A stretch of DNA of 64,000 nt, taken from assembly GCF_006345805.1 (NCBI RefSeq), contig NC_043002.1, forward strand, positions 101,122,001-101,186,000. The letters run 5' to 3'. Source of the DNA: Octopus sinensis. Taxonomy: Eukaryota. Numbering within the stretch: position 1 is the stretch's first letter; every line of letters starts with the position of its first letter. The translations under genes were made by a program, and so were the position numbers. Under the pieces are notes generated by a model that saw only the letters and a list, made by a program, of their open reading frames with translations, had not been told where the DNA came from and searched no databases. Shown here piece by piece: positions 1-12,066 of this stretch.

Positions 1-388
1 GGAGCTAACGCATAAAATTAACAGACACAATATATTAACAAGGTACAATTAACATCTACAATATAATTAACACACACACACTGCTTCAATTCCACTCGTT
101 TAGCACATTCCAGTTGTTTTCTTTTGTTTGTGAATGCTCTTTAGTTGCTTCTTGCAAACTTCTCTCTGATTTAGTCCGTTATACAGGCGGCATTTTTTTG
201 TTTCTTTGAGGTTTTGTTGCATACGTGTATGCATAAGAACGTATGCGTGTGTTTGTGCATGTATATAATGTATATATGCATGTGTGTATGTATGCGTGTA
301 TGTACGTATGTATGGCTATATTCTGTATATTTATGTATTTCTGTGTGTGCGTGCTTGTATGTTTGTGTTTGTGCTAGTTCAGCTTTAC

Positions 389-478
<90 letters not shown>

Positions 479-593
479 CTCAGATTTTTCGACATTAAAT
501 ATATAACTAGACAAAACTATATAGGCTTACTCATACCTCTGTTTACCGTCAACGTGCACATACTTAAAATCAAGAATTTAATGCATATATATG

Positions 594-672
<79 letters not shown>

Positions 673-700
673 ATATATACATACATATATATATACATAT

Positions 701-731
<31 letters not shown>

Positions 732-760
732 CATACATATATATATATATACATACATAT

Positions 761-823
<63 letters not shown>

Positions 824-827
824 ATAT
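389..827. repeat. (TA)n/(TG)n/(TACA)n microsatellite blocks
   Basis: Direct reading: 389-474 and about 584-827; these explain the YI-repeat ORFs. Confidence 0.95.
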
Positions 828-1190
828 AAAGCAAAACTAGAACAAGAACGTAACAGGCGACAACAAAACATCCGGACATTTAGACTACTAAAAAGGACAG
901 GAAAAAAACCAGGACGAGGTATTCGGAGCTTCCTATTCTCAGTCGAGTACGAGATCATCTCAGTAGTTTCAGCCGGTTACACTCGGGACTGCTCCAATCT
1001 GGCCGGCTCCAAGAAAATCTAAGTTAAGAGCATTAGATTCCTTGGAAGAAAAAACAAGCGAATATATACGAAAACAAGGATGAAAAAACGGAAAATATGG
1101 TACAGAATTACAAATATAAACAACAGGACATTAACAACAGGTGTCTTTCGACTGGAAAACGTGAAGGATTCACTTCCCAGATAAAAAAAA

Positions 1191-1660
1191 CACTATCTCA
1201 TCCAGATGCTCTTATTATACCACCAAAGCCATTTGTGATAAATCGACAATTTTAAGTGACGCTCTGCAGAAAATCATAAATATTGTTAACTGTACTCGTG
1301 CCAGTGCAAATAGGCATCGTTATTAATGTAACATGCTGCGGTTAGACAATTAGGTATTGAGTGTGAATTTGAAGTGTCATTCTAAAGTGCGTTAGTGATC
1401 GCAAGCATAGGTGTGAGAACTGTTTTGACTTTACCCGGCAGATAATGCAATTTTATGAAGAACGGAATGAACAATGTGAATTATTTGATGGATATTTCAA
1501 TAGAAATATTGCATTTCTTTGTGATAAGACAAACAGAATGACCTGAATATTTATTTACAGAGTAAAACAAAATCAGTTTATGACGTGGAAAAAATTGAAG
1601 CATTTCTTTTTCAAAGATTTTCTCCTTTAAAATGAAATTTGGACAGCACACTTAGCTAAA
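1191..1660 (+). mobile_element. Degenerate hAT (Charlie/SPIN/Buster-like) transposase fragment
   Basis: Broken frames read LQKIINIVNCTRASANRHRY, HSKVR*, IAFLCDK and NDLNIYLQSK, matching the family motifs V.KIVN.IRA.A.NHR.F, VRWLS and LAFL.D..HLN.LN..LQ; many stops and frameshifts. Confidence 0.7.
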
Positions 1661-2156
1661 GTAATTTATGAACATGAGGTTGCGTATGAATCCTTTGATG
1701 AATAGCCACTAGATTGACTAGCCCACCCAAATCGGACTCAGATTTTTTTACGTCTGTTTATTGGCTACTTTCTCATTTTTATACATTTGTAGCTTTACCT
1801 TTGTCCCCAGGACTCCTTAAAAAATTCATAATGAAAATGCTAAGCATCATGCCATAACGCTGGAAGGCTAAATGGCTATGATAAAACGGCATGAGAAAGG
1901 TGAATAAATGGTACCAATTCCATGACCTTTTGGGATGAGTCGGACAGCTGTATTGAATATTGTACTTAATAAGGATAAGATTTTAGCATACATGGATTTT
2001 CCTTAACCAAGTTTTATTGAAAATGTATTCATAAATAAAGTACAGAACTGGGAATGGTTATTATCGGTTTAGCCTAGAGACAAGTTAATTCGACTCCAGT
2101 CGTGTCTCTTGGAACCAATTAACGACGTAAAGTGTTGTATGCACACACACACACAC

Positions 2157-2219
<63 letters not shown>

Positions 2220-2344
2220 TTATATACTCTGAGTAACAGCTTTTGTTATATTTCTGCTGCTTTTAGAGTATATTACTCTACCTTTGGTATTTGAGTGCTC
2301 TTCTTTCTACTTTGAGTGCTTTCACATTTGTGTGCTTACTCCGG

Positions 2345-2387
<43 letters not shown>

Positions 2388-2804
2388 CATAAGGGACGTT
2401 TATGTTATGGAGCAGTTACTGTCTATATCTCGTTTAGAGAATTATTATTGCTATATATATATATATATATATATATTGGTGTATATATATAGACTAGCCT
2501 CCTAAAGTGTAGACATGAATCTGTAGGTACGAGTACGTATGTGTATATACGTGAACGTATGTAGATGTTTGTATGTATGAATATAACGCGTGCGTACGTG
2601 TATGTGTATGAGTGTACGAATGGGTGTATGTACGTGCTAATGAGTGTGCGTGCGGGAACGAGTACTTGCCTTCTAGTAGACAGACATTTGGACATGCTGC
2701 CATCGCCAGGATCCTTAGCCCTAGCGATCAAAGATAACAAAAGTAATAAATGAAGATAATAAAAATAAAATTAAAATTAGGGAATGGGCCTGTATTTGAT
2801 TGTG

Positions 2805-2837
<33 letters not shown>

Positions 2838-3339
2838 GTGTATGTGTAGGTATGTATAGGCACACATGTGTACGTATGTGTGTGTGTATGTATATGTGTT
2901 TATGTATGTATGTGCACACATTTTATTTTTTTATTTTTTTATTTTATTTTTTTTATTTTTATTTTTTTTTATATTTTTTTTATTTTTTTATTTAATTTTT
3001 TATTTTTTATTTTTTATTTTTTATTTTTTTATTTATCTATTCTTTCATCTAACTTACCACTGACTCCTTGACCACTCCCCCAAGTATGATATTTTGCGCT
3101 ATGCCTACCCCCAAAAAAGTCCCCCACCACCACTCCTTTAAACCTGCCTAAATGTATAAATGCTAATACAATTCTTGTTAAATAGCTTCCTGAAGATTTC
3201 TCTTGAATGAAACAGTACTAGTCCTGTAGAAGCTCCTTCTATATAATAAATAAATATATATATATACATATATATGTATATATACATATCTCTATACACA
3301 CACATATATATATATAAGTTTGTGTATGTACGTATGTAT

Positions 3340-4440
3340 ATCATTATTCAGTTTATTTCAAGATTGTGCAGATTTGTGTGTCTTATATATCTATTCTGGT
3401 GTATGTAGTTTCTTATATAGACATGCTCATATATATTTAAATGATAAACTTCTGGAAAGTTTTACAGAATTTTAGAGTTCCAGTGATGGACTGGATCTGT
3501 TGTCTTCGAATTAACTTTCTACTTTCTGGTTTTGAGAAGCCTAATTCCTCAAGTTTGGTAATTAAGTAGTGCGTTACATAACCCAGGGCCCCCAGATTTA
3601 AAGGTTGAAACCTGAACTTGTAATCTGGATAGAGCAACTGCTGATATCTCAATAGTTCAGCATAGGTATTCTCTCTTTCACTGATCTTCAGCTTTTTCTG
3701 GGCAGCTAATTTCCACAACAGTGTGCAGTTTCTCTCCTCTATTCGAAATAATTATATCAGGTCTTTTGTGCTTACATTATATTATGAGTGGCAACGGTTT
3801 CTACCATATTGTGGGTTCTTGTTTGTTTGTCCTCTAGATTATCTTTCCGACAGATTTCATTATAGAGTGTTCTAGCTACATCGCCATATCTCAACGGTAG
3901 ATGATACCCTGATGACATTTTCGGGCAACTGCTTATGATGTGGGTGTGAACTTCAGTGTGAACTACACAAAGTCTGCATCGGTTGTTACATTTTACGGCT
4001 TTTCCTGTATCGTTATCCATTTTGTGCATCAGGTACTTGGTTGATATTTCCTGTTCCTGGATTGCAAACTCTTATCCTTCAAAGTAGGAGGTAGTAATCT
4101 GGCTATTGTGCCATGATAAACTGCTTTGACGATCAAATGCTACTATTATCACGGAGCCGTCTATTAACATATCTATGCATAGTCTTCTCCTCATATAGGT
4201 TCATCCTTTCATTTCATTACGTTGCGGTAGAGTCATGCAACGTTTTTGAGCTTGTATTCTACATTACCAGACAAAGTGTTGCTCAAGGAGCTGCCTTCCA
4301 AGTCTTATGGTTTTATCAGTTTCGTGTATGCAAACTTGGTCAAGCGATACCCTAACGACCAAATATGTCGCTTAAAAATGTTGCCGAAGGGATATGATGC
4401 GACATACAAAGGCATTTTGGATCGATGTTAAGCCTCTGCC
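3340..4440 (-). mobile_element. 3' part of an R4/Dong-type (RLE) non-LTR retrotransposon, decayed
   Basis: Minus strand GGRGLTSI, CCHC knuckle CRLC...HIISSCPKM...R, C-terminal PLNLGALGYV...QSITGTLKFCKTF. Confidence 0.85.
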
Positions 4441-4629
4441 GCATTGTTTTTGTTTTAAGTAGGGGCCATCTACGTCACTGCTTATGTGGAAATTATGTAT
4501 GCATGTATGTATGTATCTATATATATAACTATGTATGTATGCTTATACCTATTTTGTTTATGGCTTGTATAAATGTTTGTATATTTAATTACAGTAGTCA
4601 AAGTGAGAATGTTATAGTATTTGTCTATA

Positions 4630-4692
<63 letters not shown>

Positions 4693-4983
4693 ATAATTTC
4701 AACAATTGAGGGCAAAATTAATTAATTATTAATCAATTTCACCAAGTGTTCAGTATGCAAAGGGACCATTCAAGGCGAATTCAAATTATTACATTATATA
4801 AAAGGGCTTAGTAAAATAAATTACTTTGCCGCATACTGAACTCATTAGAAATAGCAGCTAAAAAACTTTTTTAAAGCTATTTCTAATACTTAAAGAAAAT
4901 CTCTCTCATATATAGTGTTTGCTTAATTCAACTCACAAAAGTTTGGGGGTAAGGACATCGAAAAATCAAATGCTAAGGTTATT

Positions 4984-5036
4984 TGAGAACGTACGTTTCA
5001 AGATTAGTCAAAAACAACACTTCTATCATCAGCTCA
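4984..5036 (-). ncRNA. Minimal type I hammerhead ribozyme motif, unit 1
   Basis: UGAG-CUGAUGA-(imperfect stem II)-GAAA-C-GUAC-GU-U-CUCA; core intact, stem I UGAG/CUCA, palindrome AACGUACGUU. Confidence 0.75.
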
Positions 5037-5529
5037 GAAATTCCTTGGTTTGGATTTGGAAACACTGAAAATAAGAACATACCCTTTCGAAGATCTGCTC
5101 GTAACTAACAGTGCCAACAAATTCAAATAAGCAAGCGAAGAATCTCTGTTCTCCCCTTTCCACCAGCGTGGGTTAAAAACATCAAACACTACGCTTATTT
5201 CGGTAAAATCCGAAGCATTAATCAGAGGGAGATTAATTATAATTTCAACAATTGAGGGCAAAATTAATTAATTATTAATCAATTTCACCAAGTGTTCAGT
5301 ATGCAAAGGGACCATTCAAGGCGAATTCAAATTATTACATTATATAAAAGGGCTTAGTAAAATAAATTACTTTGCCGCATACTGAACTCATTAGAAATAG
5401 CAGCTAAAAAACTTTTTTAAAGCTATTTCTAATACTTAAAGAAAATCTCTCTCATATATAGTGTTTGCTTAATTCAACTCACAAAAGTTTGGGGGTAAGG
5501 ACATCGAAAAATCAAATGCTAAGGTTATT

Positions 5530-5582
5530 TGAGAACGTACGTTTCAAGATTAGTCAAAACAAACACTTCTATCATCAGCTCA
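5530..5582 (-). ncRNA. Hammerhead motif, unit 2
   Basis: Same motif; core is the reverse complement of tcatcag at 5572-5578. Confidence 0.75.
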
Positions 5583-6073
5583 GAAATTCCTTGGTTTGGA
5601 TTTGGAAACACTGAAAATAAGAACATACCCTTTCGAAGATCTGCTCGTAACTAACAGTGCCAACAAATTCAAATAAGCAAGCGAAGAATCTCTGTTCTCC
5701 CCTTTCCACCAGCGTGGGTTAAAAACATCAAACACTACGCTTATTTCGGTAAAATCCGAAGCATTAATCAGAGGGAGATTAATTATAATTTCAACAATTG
5801 AGGGCAAAATTAATTAATTATTAATCAATTTCACCAAGTGTTCAGTATGCAAAGGGACCATTCAAGGCGAATTCAAATTATTACATTATATAAAAGGGCT
5901 TAGTAAAATAAATTACTTTGCCGCATACTGAACTCATTAGAAATAGCAGCTAAAAACTTTTTTAAAGCTATTTCTAATACTTAAAGAAATCTCTCTCATA
6001 TATAGTGTTTGCTTAATTCAACTCACAAAAGTTTGGGGGTAAGGACATCGAAAAATCAAATGCTAAGGTTATT

Positions 6074-6126
6074 TGAGAACGTACGTTTCAAGATTAGTCA
6101 AAAACAACACTTCTATCATCAGCTCA
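6074..6126 (-). ncRNA. Hammerhead motif, unit 3
   Basis: Same motif; core at 6116-6122. Confidence 0.75.
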
Positions 6127-6617
6127 GAAATTCCTTGGTTTGGATTTGGAAACACTGAAAATAAGAACATACCCTTTCGAAGATCTGCTCGTAACTAACA
6201 GTGCCAACAAATTCAAATAAGCAAGCGAAGAACTCTGTTCTCCCCTTTCCACCAGCGTGGGTTAAAACATCAAACACTACGCTTATTTCGGTAAAATCCG
6301 AAGCATTAATCAGAGGGAGATTAATTATAATTTCAACAATTGAGGGCAAAATTAATTAATTATTAATCAATTTCACCAAGTGTTCAGTATGCAAAGGGAC
6401 CATTCAAGGCGAATTCAAATTATTACATTATATAAAAGGGCTTAGTAAAATAAATTACTTTGCCGCATACTGAACTCATTAGAAATAGCAGCTAAAAAAC
6501 TTTTTTAAAGCTATTTCTAATACTTAAAGAAAATCTCTCTCATATATAGTGTTTGCTTAATTCAACTCACAAAAGTTTGGGGGTAAGGACATCGAAAAAT
6601 CAAATGCTAAGGTTATT

Positions 6618-6670
6618 TGAGAACGTACGTTTCAAGATTAGTCAAAAACAACACTTCTATCATCAGCTCA
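6618..6670 (-). ncRNA. Hammerhead motif, unit 4
   Basis: Same motif; core at 6660-6666. Confidence 0.75.
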
Positions 6671-7163
6671 GAAATTCCTTGGTTTGGATTTGGAAACACT
6701 GAAAATAAGAACATACCCTTTCGAAGATCTGCTCGTAACTAACAGTGCCAACAAATTCAAATAAGCAAGCGAAGAATCTCTGTTCTCCCCTTTCCACCAG
6801 CGTGGGTTAAAAACATCAAACACTACGCTTATTTCGGTAAAATCCGAAGCATTAATCAGAGGGAGATTAATTATAATTTCAACAATTGAGGGCAAAATTA
6901 ATTAATTATTAATCAATTTCACCAAGTGTTCAGTATGCAAAGGGACCATTCAAGGCGAATTCAAATTATTACATTATATAAAAGGGCTTAGTAAAATAAA
7001 TTACTTTGCCGCATACTGAACTCATTAGAAATAGCAGCTAAAAAACTTTTTTAAAGCTATTTCTAATACTTAAAGAAAATCTCTCTCATATATAGTGTTT
7101 GCTTAATTCAACTCACAAAAGTTTGGGGGTAAGGACATCGAAAAATCAAATGCTAAGGTTATT

Positions 7164-7216
7164 TGAGAACGTACGTTTCAAGATTAGTCAAAAACAACAC
7201 TTCTATCATCAGCTCA
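7164..7216 (-). ncRNA. Hammerhead motif, unit 5
   Basis: Same motif; core at 7206-7212. Confidence 0.75.
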
Positions 7217-7708
7217 GAAATTCCTTGGTTTGGATTTGGAAACACTGAAAATAAGAACATACCCTTTCGAAGATCTGCTCGTAACTAACAGTGCCAACAA
7301 ATTCAAATAAGCAAGCGAAGAATCTCTGTTCTCCCCTTTCCACCAGCGTGGGTTAAAAACATCAAACACTACGCTTATTTCGGTAAAATCCGAAGCATTA
7401 ATCAGAGGGAGATTAATTATAATTTCAACAATTGAGGGCAAAATTAATTAATTACTAATCAATTTCACCAAGTGTTCAGTATGCAAAGGGACCATTCAAG
7501 GCGAATTCAAATTATTACATTATATAAAAGGGCTTAGTAAAATAAATTACATTGCCGCATACTGAACTCATTAGAAATAGCAGCTAAAAAAGTTTTTTAA
7601 AGCTATTTCTAATACTTAAAGAAAATCTCTCTCATATATAGTGTTTGCTTAATTCAACTCACAAAAGTTGGGGGTAAGGACATCGAAAAATCAAATGCTA
7701 AGGTTATT

Positions 7709-7761
7709 TGAGAACGTACGTTTCAAGATTAGTCAAAAACAACACTTCTATCATCAGCTCA
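7709..7761 (-). ncRNA. Hammerhead motif, unit 6
   Basis: Same motif; core at 7751-7757. Confidence 0.75.
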
Positions 7762-7997
7762 GAAATTCCTTGGTTTGGATTTGGAAACACTGAAAATAAG
7801 AACATACCCTTTCGAAGATCTGCTCGTAACTAACAGTGCCAACAAATTCAAATAAGCAAGCGAAGAATCTCTGTTCTCCCCTTTCCACCAGCGTGGGTTA
7901 AAAACATCAAACACTACGCTTATTTCGGTAAAATCCGAAGCATTAATCAGAGGGAGATTAATTATAATTTCAACAATTGAGGGCAAAATTAATTAAT

Positions 7998-8595
7998 TAT
8001 TTCTAATGAGTTCAGTATGCGGCAAAGTAATTTATTTTACTAAGCCCTTTTATATAATGTAATAATTTGAATTCGCCTTGAATGGTCCCTTTGCATACTG
8101 AACACTTGGTGAAATTGATTAATAATTAATTAATTTTGCCCTCAATTGTTGAAATTATAATTAATCTCCCTCTGATTAATGCTTCGGATTTTACCGAAAT
8201 AAGCGTAGTGTTTGATGTTTTTAACCCACGCTGGTGGAAAGGGGAGAACAGAGATTCTTCGCTTGCTTATTTGAATTTGTTGGCACTGTTAGTTACGAGC
8301 AGATCTTCGAAAGGGTATGTTCTTATTTTCAGTGTTTCCAAATCCAAACCAAGGAATTTCTGAGCTGATGATAGAAGTGTTGTTTTTGACTAATCTTGAA
8401 ACGTACGTTCTCAAATAACATTAGCATTTGATTTTTCGATGTCCTTACCCCCAAACTTTTGTGAGTTGAATTAAGCAAACACTATATATGAGAGAGATTT
8501 TCTTTAAGTATTAGAAATAGCTTTAAAAAAGTTTTTTAGCTGCTATTTCTAATGAGTTCAGTATGCGGCAAAGTAATTTATTTTACTAAGCCCTT

Positions 8596-8603
<8 letters not shown>
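7998..8603 (+). repeat. Inverted copy (about 1.1 units) of the array unit, forming a fold-back
   Basis: 8121-8603 is the reverse complement of 7519-8001; junction at TATT microhomology 7998-8001; followed by (TA)n 8604-8663. Confidence 0.95.
8361..8413 (+). ncRNA. Hammerhead motif in the inverted copy
   Basis: tgagCTGATGAtagaagtgttgtttttgactaatcttGAAAcgtacgttctca read directly on the + strand. Confidence 0.75.
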
Positions 8604-8665
<62 letters not shown>

Positions 8666-10035
8666 TTCGTGCTGTCATCGAAATTACACTGCACGTGAGA
8701 TCTCAACAGCTGGCAATTAAATTCATCGAAGTTATCATTACTTTAATGGCTGTAAATTTGTAAAGATTTAAATGCTGTTGTAGTAAAAAAGATAATTAAC
8801 AACGCTAGCCAATTTTATTTGGTAATATTTGCTTTTCACTATATATAAATAATTATTTTATATAATTTATGTTTTTATAGAAAGTGAGACTCACCAGTCT
8901 AGAACCGAAAACGAAATCGAAACCGATGCCAGAATCAATTTGCAATAAACCGATGAAGAAGGAGATAATCCTTATACCGGGTCAAGCTTTAATCTTCCTC
9001 TCTTATAATCCTCACAGAAACGCGTGTAATAAATAATACAATAAACTCATTTCACAGCCAACTGCGCTATTTGTTTTGCTCTGTTTTCTTTTTTTCTGAT
9101 GGATACTCTGTGATCTTTATGATTGTTAGAAACCAATAGGAGGAAAATCTGAATCAAAGGCAACATTTACTTTTCGTAAATATTTTCTCTCCAATTTTAA
9201 GGCTGGGTTGAAAACCATATGTTAATGTGTTTAGATTTATTAAGGATTTATTATGCTGAGAATTATCTGATACATCTTCGTCGGCAACCTTGCTACAGAT
9301 GGTGTCTCGATAAAAATACCGGTCGGTGGCAAGCTAAAATCGCGCCTCATCTATGAGAGTAAATACTAATGATAAGGATGTGAACGGGACTAGAGCCAAT
9401 GCTGGAGATGCCGCGTCTAGCAGGTGTCCCATTTTGCAACGGGGTGAGCCGGATTGTAATGCAAATAAAACAGTTGCAGAAAGTATGGGATTGAAGATGC
9501 AAGAGAAGAGAGCATTGATGGAAAGAAAAGGAAATAAATAATATTGGAGGAAAAGGAAATTGTAAAATGTTACAAGTTTCCTGAGCAGTTTAGTGTCGAT
9601 ACTTGACAGTAGAAGGAGAGGAGAATTGAAAAAATGATGGGAAATTTGAAAAAAGGAAGAAGTATGGTGTTGATACCAAAAGGTCTGAATATTGTGACTT
9701 CTGAGGGTTTTATCGATTATTTCTAAGACTTGTGTACAATCAATAAAGAGAAACTTTCATAGGGCAATTTATATCCGTGTCACAATGCTCCAGTTTTATG
9801 GCAACGATTATATCGTGCCTTTTAAGTTGCTGAAGTAAGGTTTTAAAAACACTGAATTAGCAAGAAAATTAAAGCTTTGAAACATGTGTCATCTAAAAAC
9901 TGACTTAGGTTTCTATATGAGAGTATCTGTCTATCTCTCGATCGATCTACCTACGATGTTATCCTTTGTGTTGTGTGGATCGGTGCAAACTTGTTTTTCT
10001 TATTTTCTTTTAGTTCCAGATATTGATGTAGATAT

Positions 10036-10430
10036 CTCTTTTTACTCTCTTTTACTTGTTTCAGTCATTTTGACTGTGGCCATGCTGGAGCACCGCCTTT
10101 AGTTGAGCAAATCGATCCCATGACTTATTCTTTGTAAGCCTAGTACTTATTCTATCGGTCTCTTTTGCCGAACTGCTAAGTTACCGGGATGTAAACACAC
10201 CAGCATCGGTTGTCAAGCGATGTTGGGGGGACAAACACAGACACACAAACATATACACACACACACATATATATATACATATATACAACGGGCTTCTTTC
10301 AGTTTCCGTCTACCAAATCCATTCACAAGGCTTTGGTTGGCCCATGGCTATAGTAGAAGACACTTTCACAAGGTGCCACGCAGTGGGACTGAATCCGGAA
10401 CCATGTGGTTGGTATGCAAGCTACTTACCA
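10036..10430 (-). mobile_element. tRNA-derived SINE family A (internal CA/TA microsatellite), head slightly truncated
   Basis: Near-identical to copies at 11616, 31465 and 42936; B-box-like GGTTCAGTCCC; tail cagtcaaaatgactgaaacaagtaaaagag. Confidence 0.9.
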
Positions 10431-10919
10431 GAGGTAAACATTAAAAATAAGATTGAAACATGTCTGCTGTTGTTTCTTGAAGGTACTGGAATAAAGGAAA
10501 TAAAATTGGTCCCTGGCAAATAAGTTTTTTTCTTAGATCACATGTATTTCCTCTTCACCTTTCAATCATCCAGGCAAGAAATAAGCTAATTCACATTTGA
10601 TATTACTCCAGGTAGCATCTCTTAATTATTTCATACTTAAATAATGTTTAATATGTACCTGTGAAATTATGTACGTACCTATACAAATCATTCATGACTT
10701 CCACAAGTATGATGAAGCTATCATAGTTAATACTCCGTTTTAACATGTTTACTAAATATTGAATTGTTGGAATAGGAATTACAAACAAGCACAAATACAG
10801 GAATGTAGATGAAAAGAGAGACTTTCTAATTAGTGCTTCACTGTGACGATCTTTGTACATAATATTGCAATATCCTTTGATCATTGATTCATATGTGAAA
10901 GGGTTATCTTGGAGTGAGT

Positions 10920-11257
10920 AATAACCTTGGATCGTAGGGTGACCTGCTGTGCTTGAGGAGACATCGATTCAAGTACTTTAACATCAAAATAAAAATCAAA
11001 TGGAAATTGTAGTTGTGATACCCGTGCCGGTGGCATGTAAAAAGCACCATCCGAACATGGCCGATCCCAGCGCCGCTTTGACTGGCATCCATGCTGGTGA
11101 CACAAAAAGCACCCACTACACTCACGGAGTGGTTAGCATTAAGAAGGGCATCCTGATCAGACTGGAGCCTTGTGCAGCCTCCTGGATTCCCAGACCCCAG
11201 CCGTACCGTCCAACCCATGCTAGCATGGAAAATGGCAGTTAAACCATAATGATGATG
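10920..11257 (+). mobile_element. Interspersed repeat ending in an RTE-like 3' tail
   Basis: Ends ...acccatgctagcatggaaaatggcagttaaacc(at)aatgatgatg, resembling RTE-clade 3' ends; the same tail occurs at 11849-11898. Confidence 0.6.
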
Positions 11258-11615
11258 GTTGTCAATGTACCACTAACATCGGCAGGAATAAATTATCAGT
11301 GCAGTTCTCATTATGTACATAAACTGTTTTCGTTTCTGACATTTGGGGATGTATTACTGGTATACAAATCAACTTAACCAGAGTCCAGTTATTTTCCTAG
11401 GTTGTCTCATAGCTAAACACTACTCTCTATCATTCATGGTTGTGTGTATATGATTTTGCTTTTGATTAGAAAGGGATTCACTTACATCCCTTTATGTGTT
11501 CAGTTCAAATCCCTTCAGGGTGGTCTTTCACCTGCGTAATTCTCAGTTTCATAAGGTACCAGTCAATATACCAGTGGTTTTACTCCACCCTTCACTAACT
11601 CCAAAGGAATGGACA

Positions 11616-12066
11616 TACTCTTTTACTCTTTACTCTTTTACTTGTTTCAGTCATTTGACTGCGACCATGCTGGAGCACCGCCTTTTAATCGAGCAAATCA
11701 ACCCCGGGACTTATTCTTTTGTAAGCCCAGTACTTATTCTATCGGTCTCTTTTGCCGAACCGCTAAGTAACGGGGACATAAACACACCAGCATCGGTTGT
11801 CAAGCAATGCTAGGGGGACAAACACAGACACACAAACACATGCACGCATCATGCTAGCATGGAAAACGGACGCTAAATGATGATGATGATGATGATGATA
11901 TACGACGGGCTTCTTTCAGTTTCCGTCTACCAAATCCACACACAAGGCTTTGGTCGGCCCGAGGCTATAGTAGAAGACACTTGCCCAAGGTGCCACGCAG
12001 TGGGACTGAACCCGGAACCATGTGGTTGGGAAACAAGCTACTTACCACACAGCCACTCCTGCGCCT
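11616..12066 (-). mobile_element. SINE family A, full length, with an RTE-like tail fragment inside its microsatellite
   Basis: Head aggcgcaggagtggctgtgtggtaag (A box) through tail; insert catgctagcatggaaaacggacgctaaatgatgatg. Confidence 0.9.

Larger units (their letters stand above)
4693..8001 (-). repeat. Head-to-tail tandem array of a 544-546 bp unit (6 full copies plus about 35 bp), each with a hammerhead motif; retrozyme-like or Penelope pLTR-derived
   Basis: Unit starts (aatttcaacaattgagggc) at 4695, 5241, 5787, about 6329, 6875, 7421 and 7966; copies differ mainly by homopolymer indels; the left flank is (TA)n. Confidence 0.95.

Noticed and set aside
2670-2720. Possible GC-AG minus-strand exon (LRILAMAACPNVCLLE)
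   Set aside because: Non-canonical donor, short, and no recognisable protein.
5034-5261. Repeated 75-aa ORF (MPSIVEII...) in each array unit
   Set aside because: TTG start, no recognisable domain, frameshifted in unit 3; its recurrence only reflects the DNA repeat.
4693-8001. Array as CRISPR or rDNA/5S repeat
   Set aside because: No variable spacers and no rRNA or Pol III gene similarity visible.
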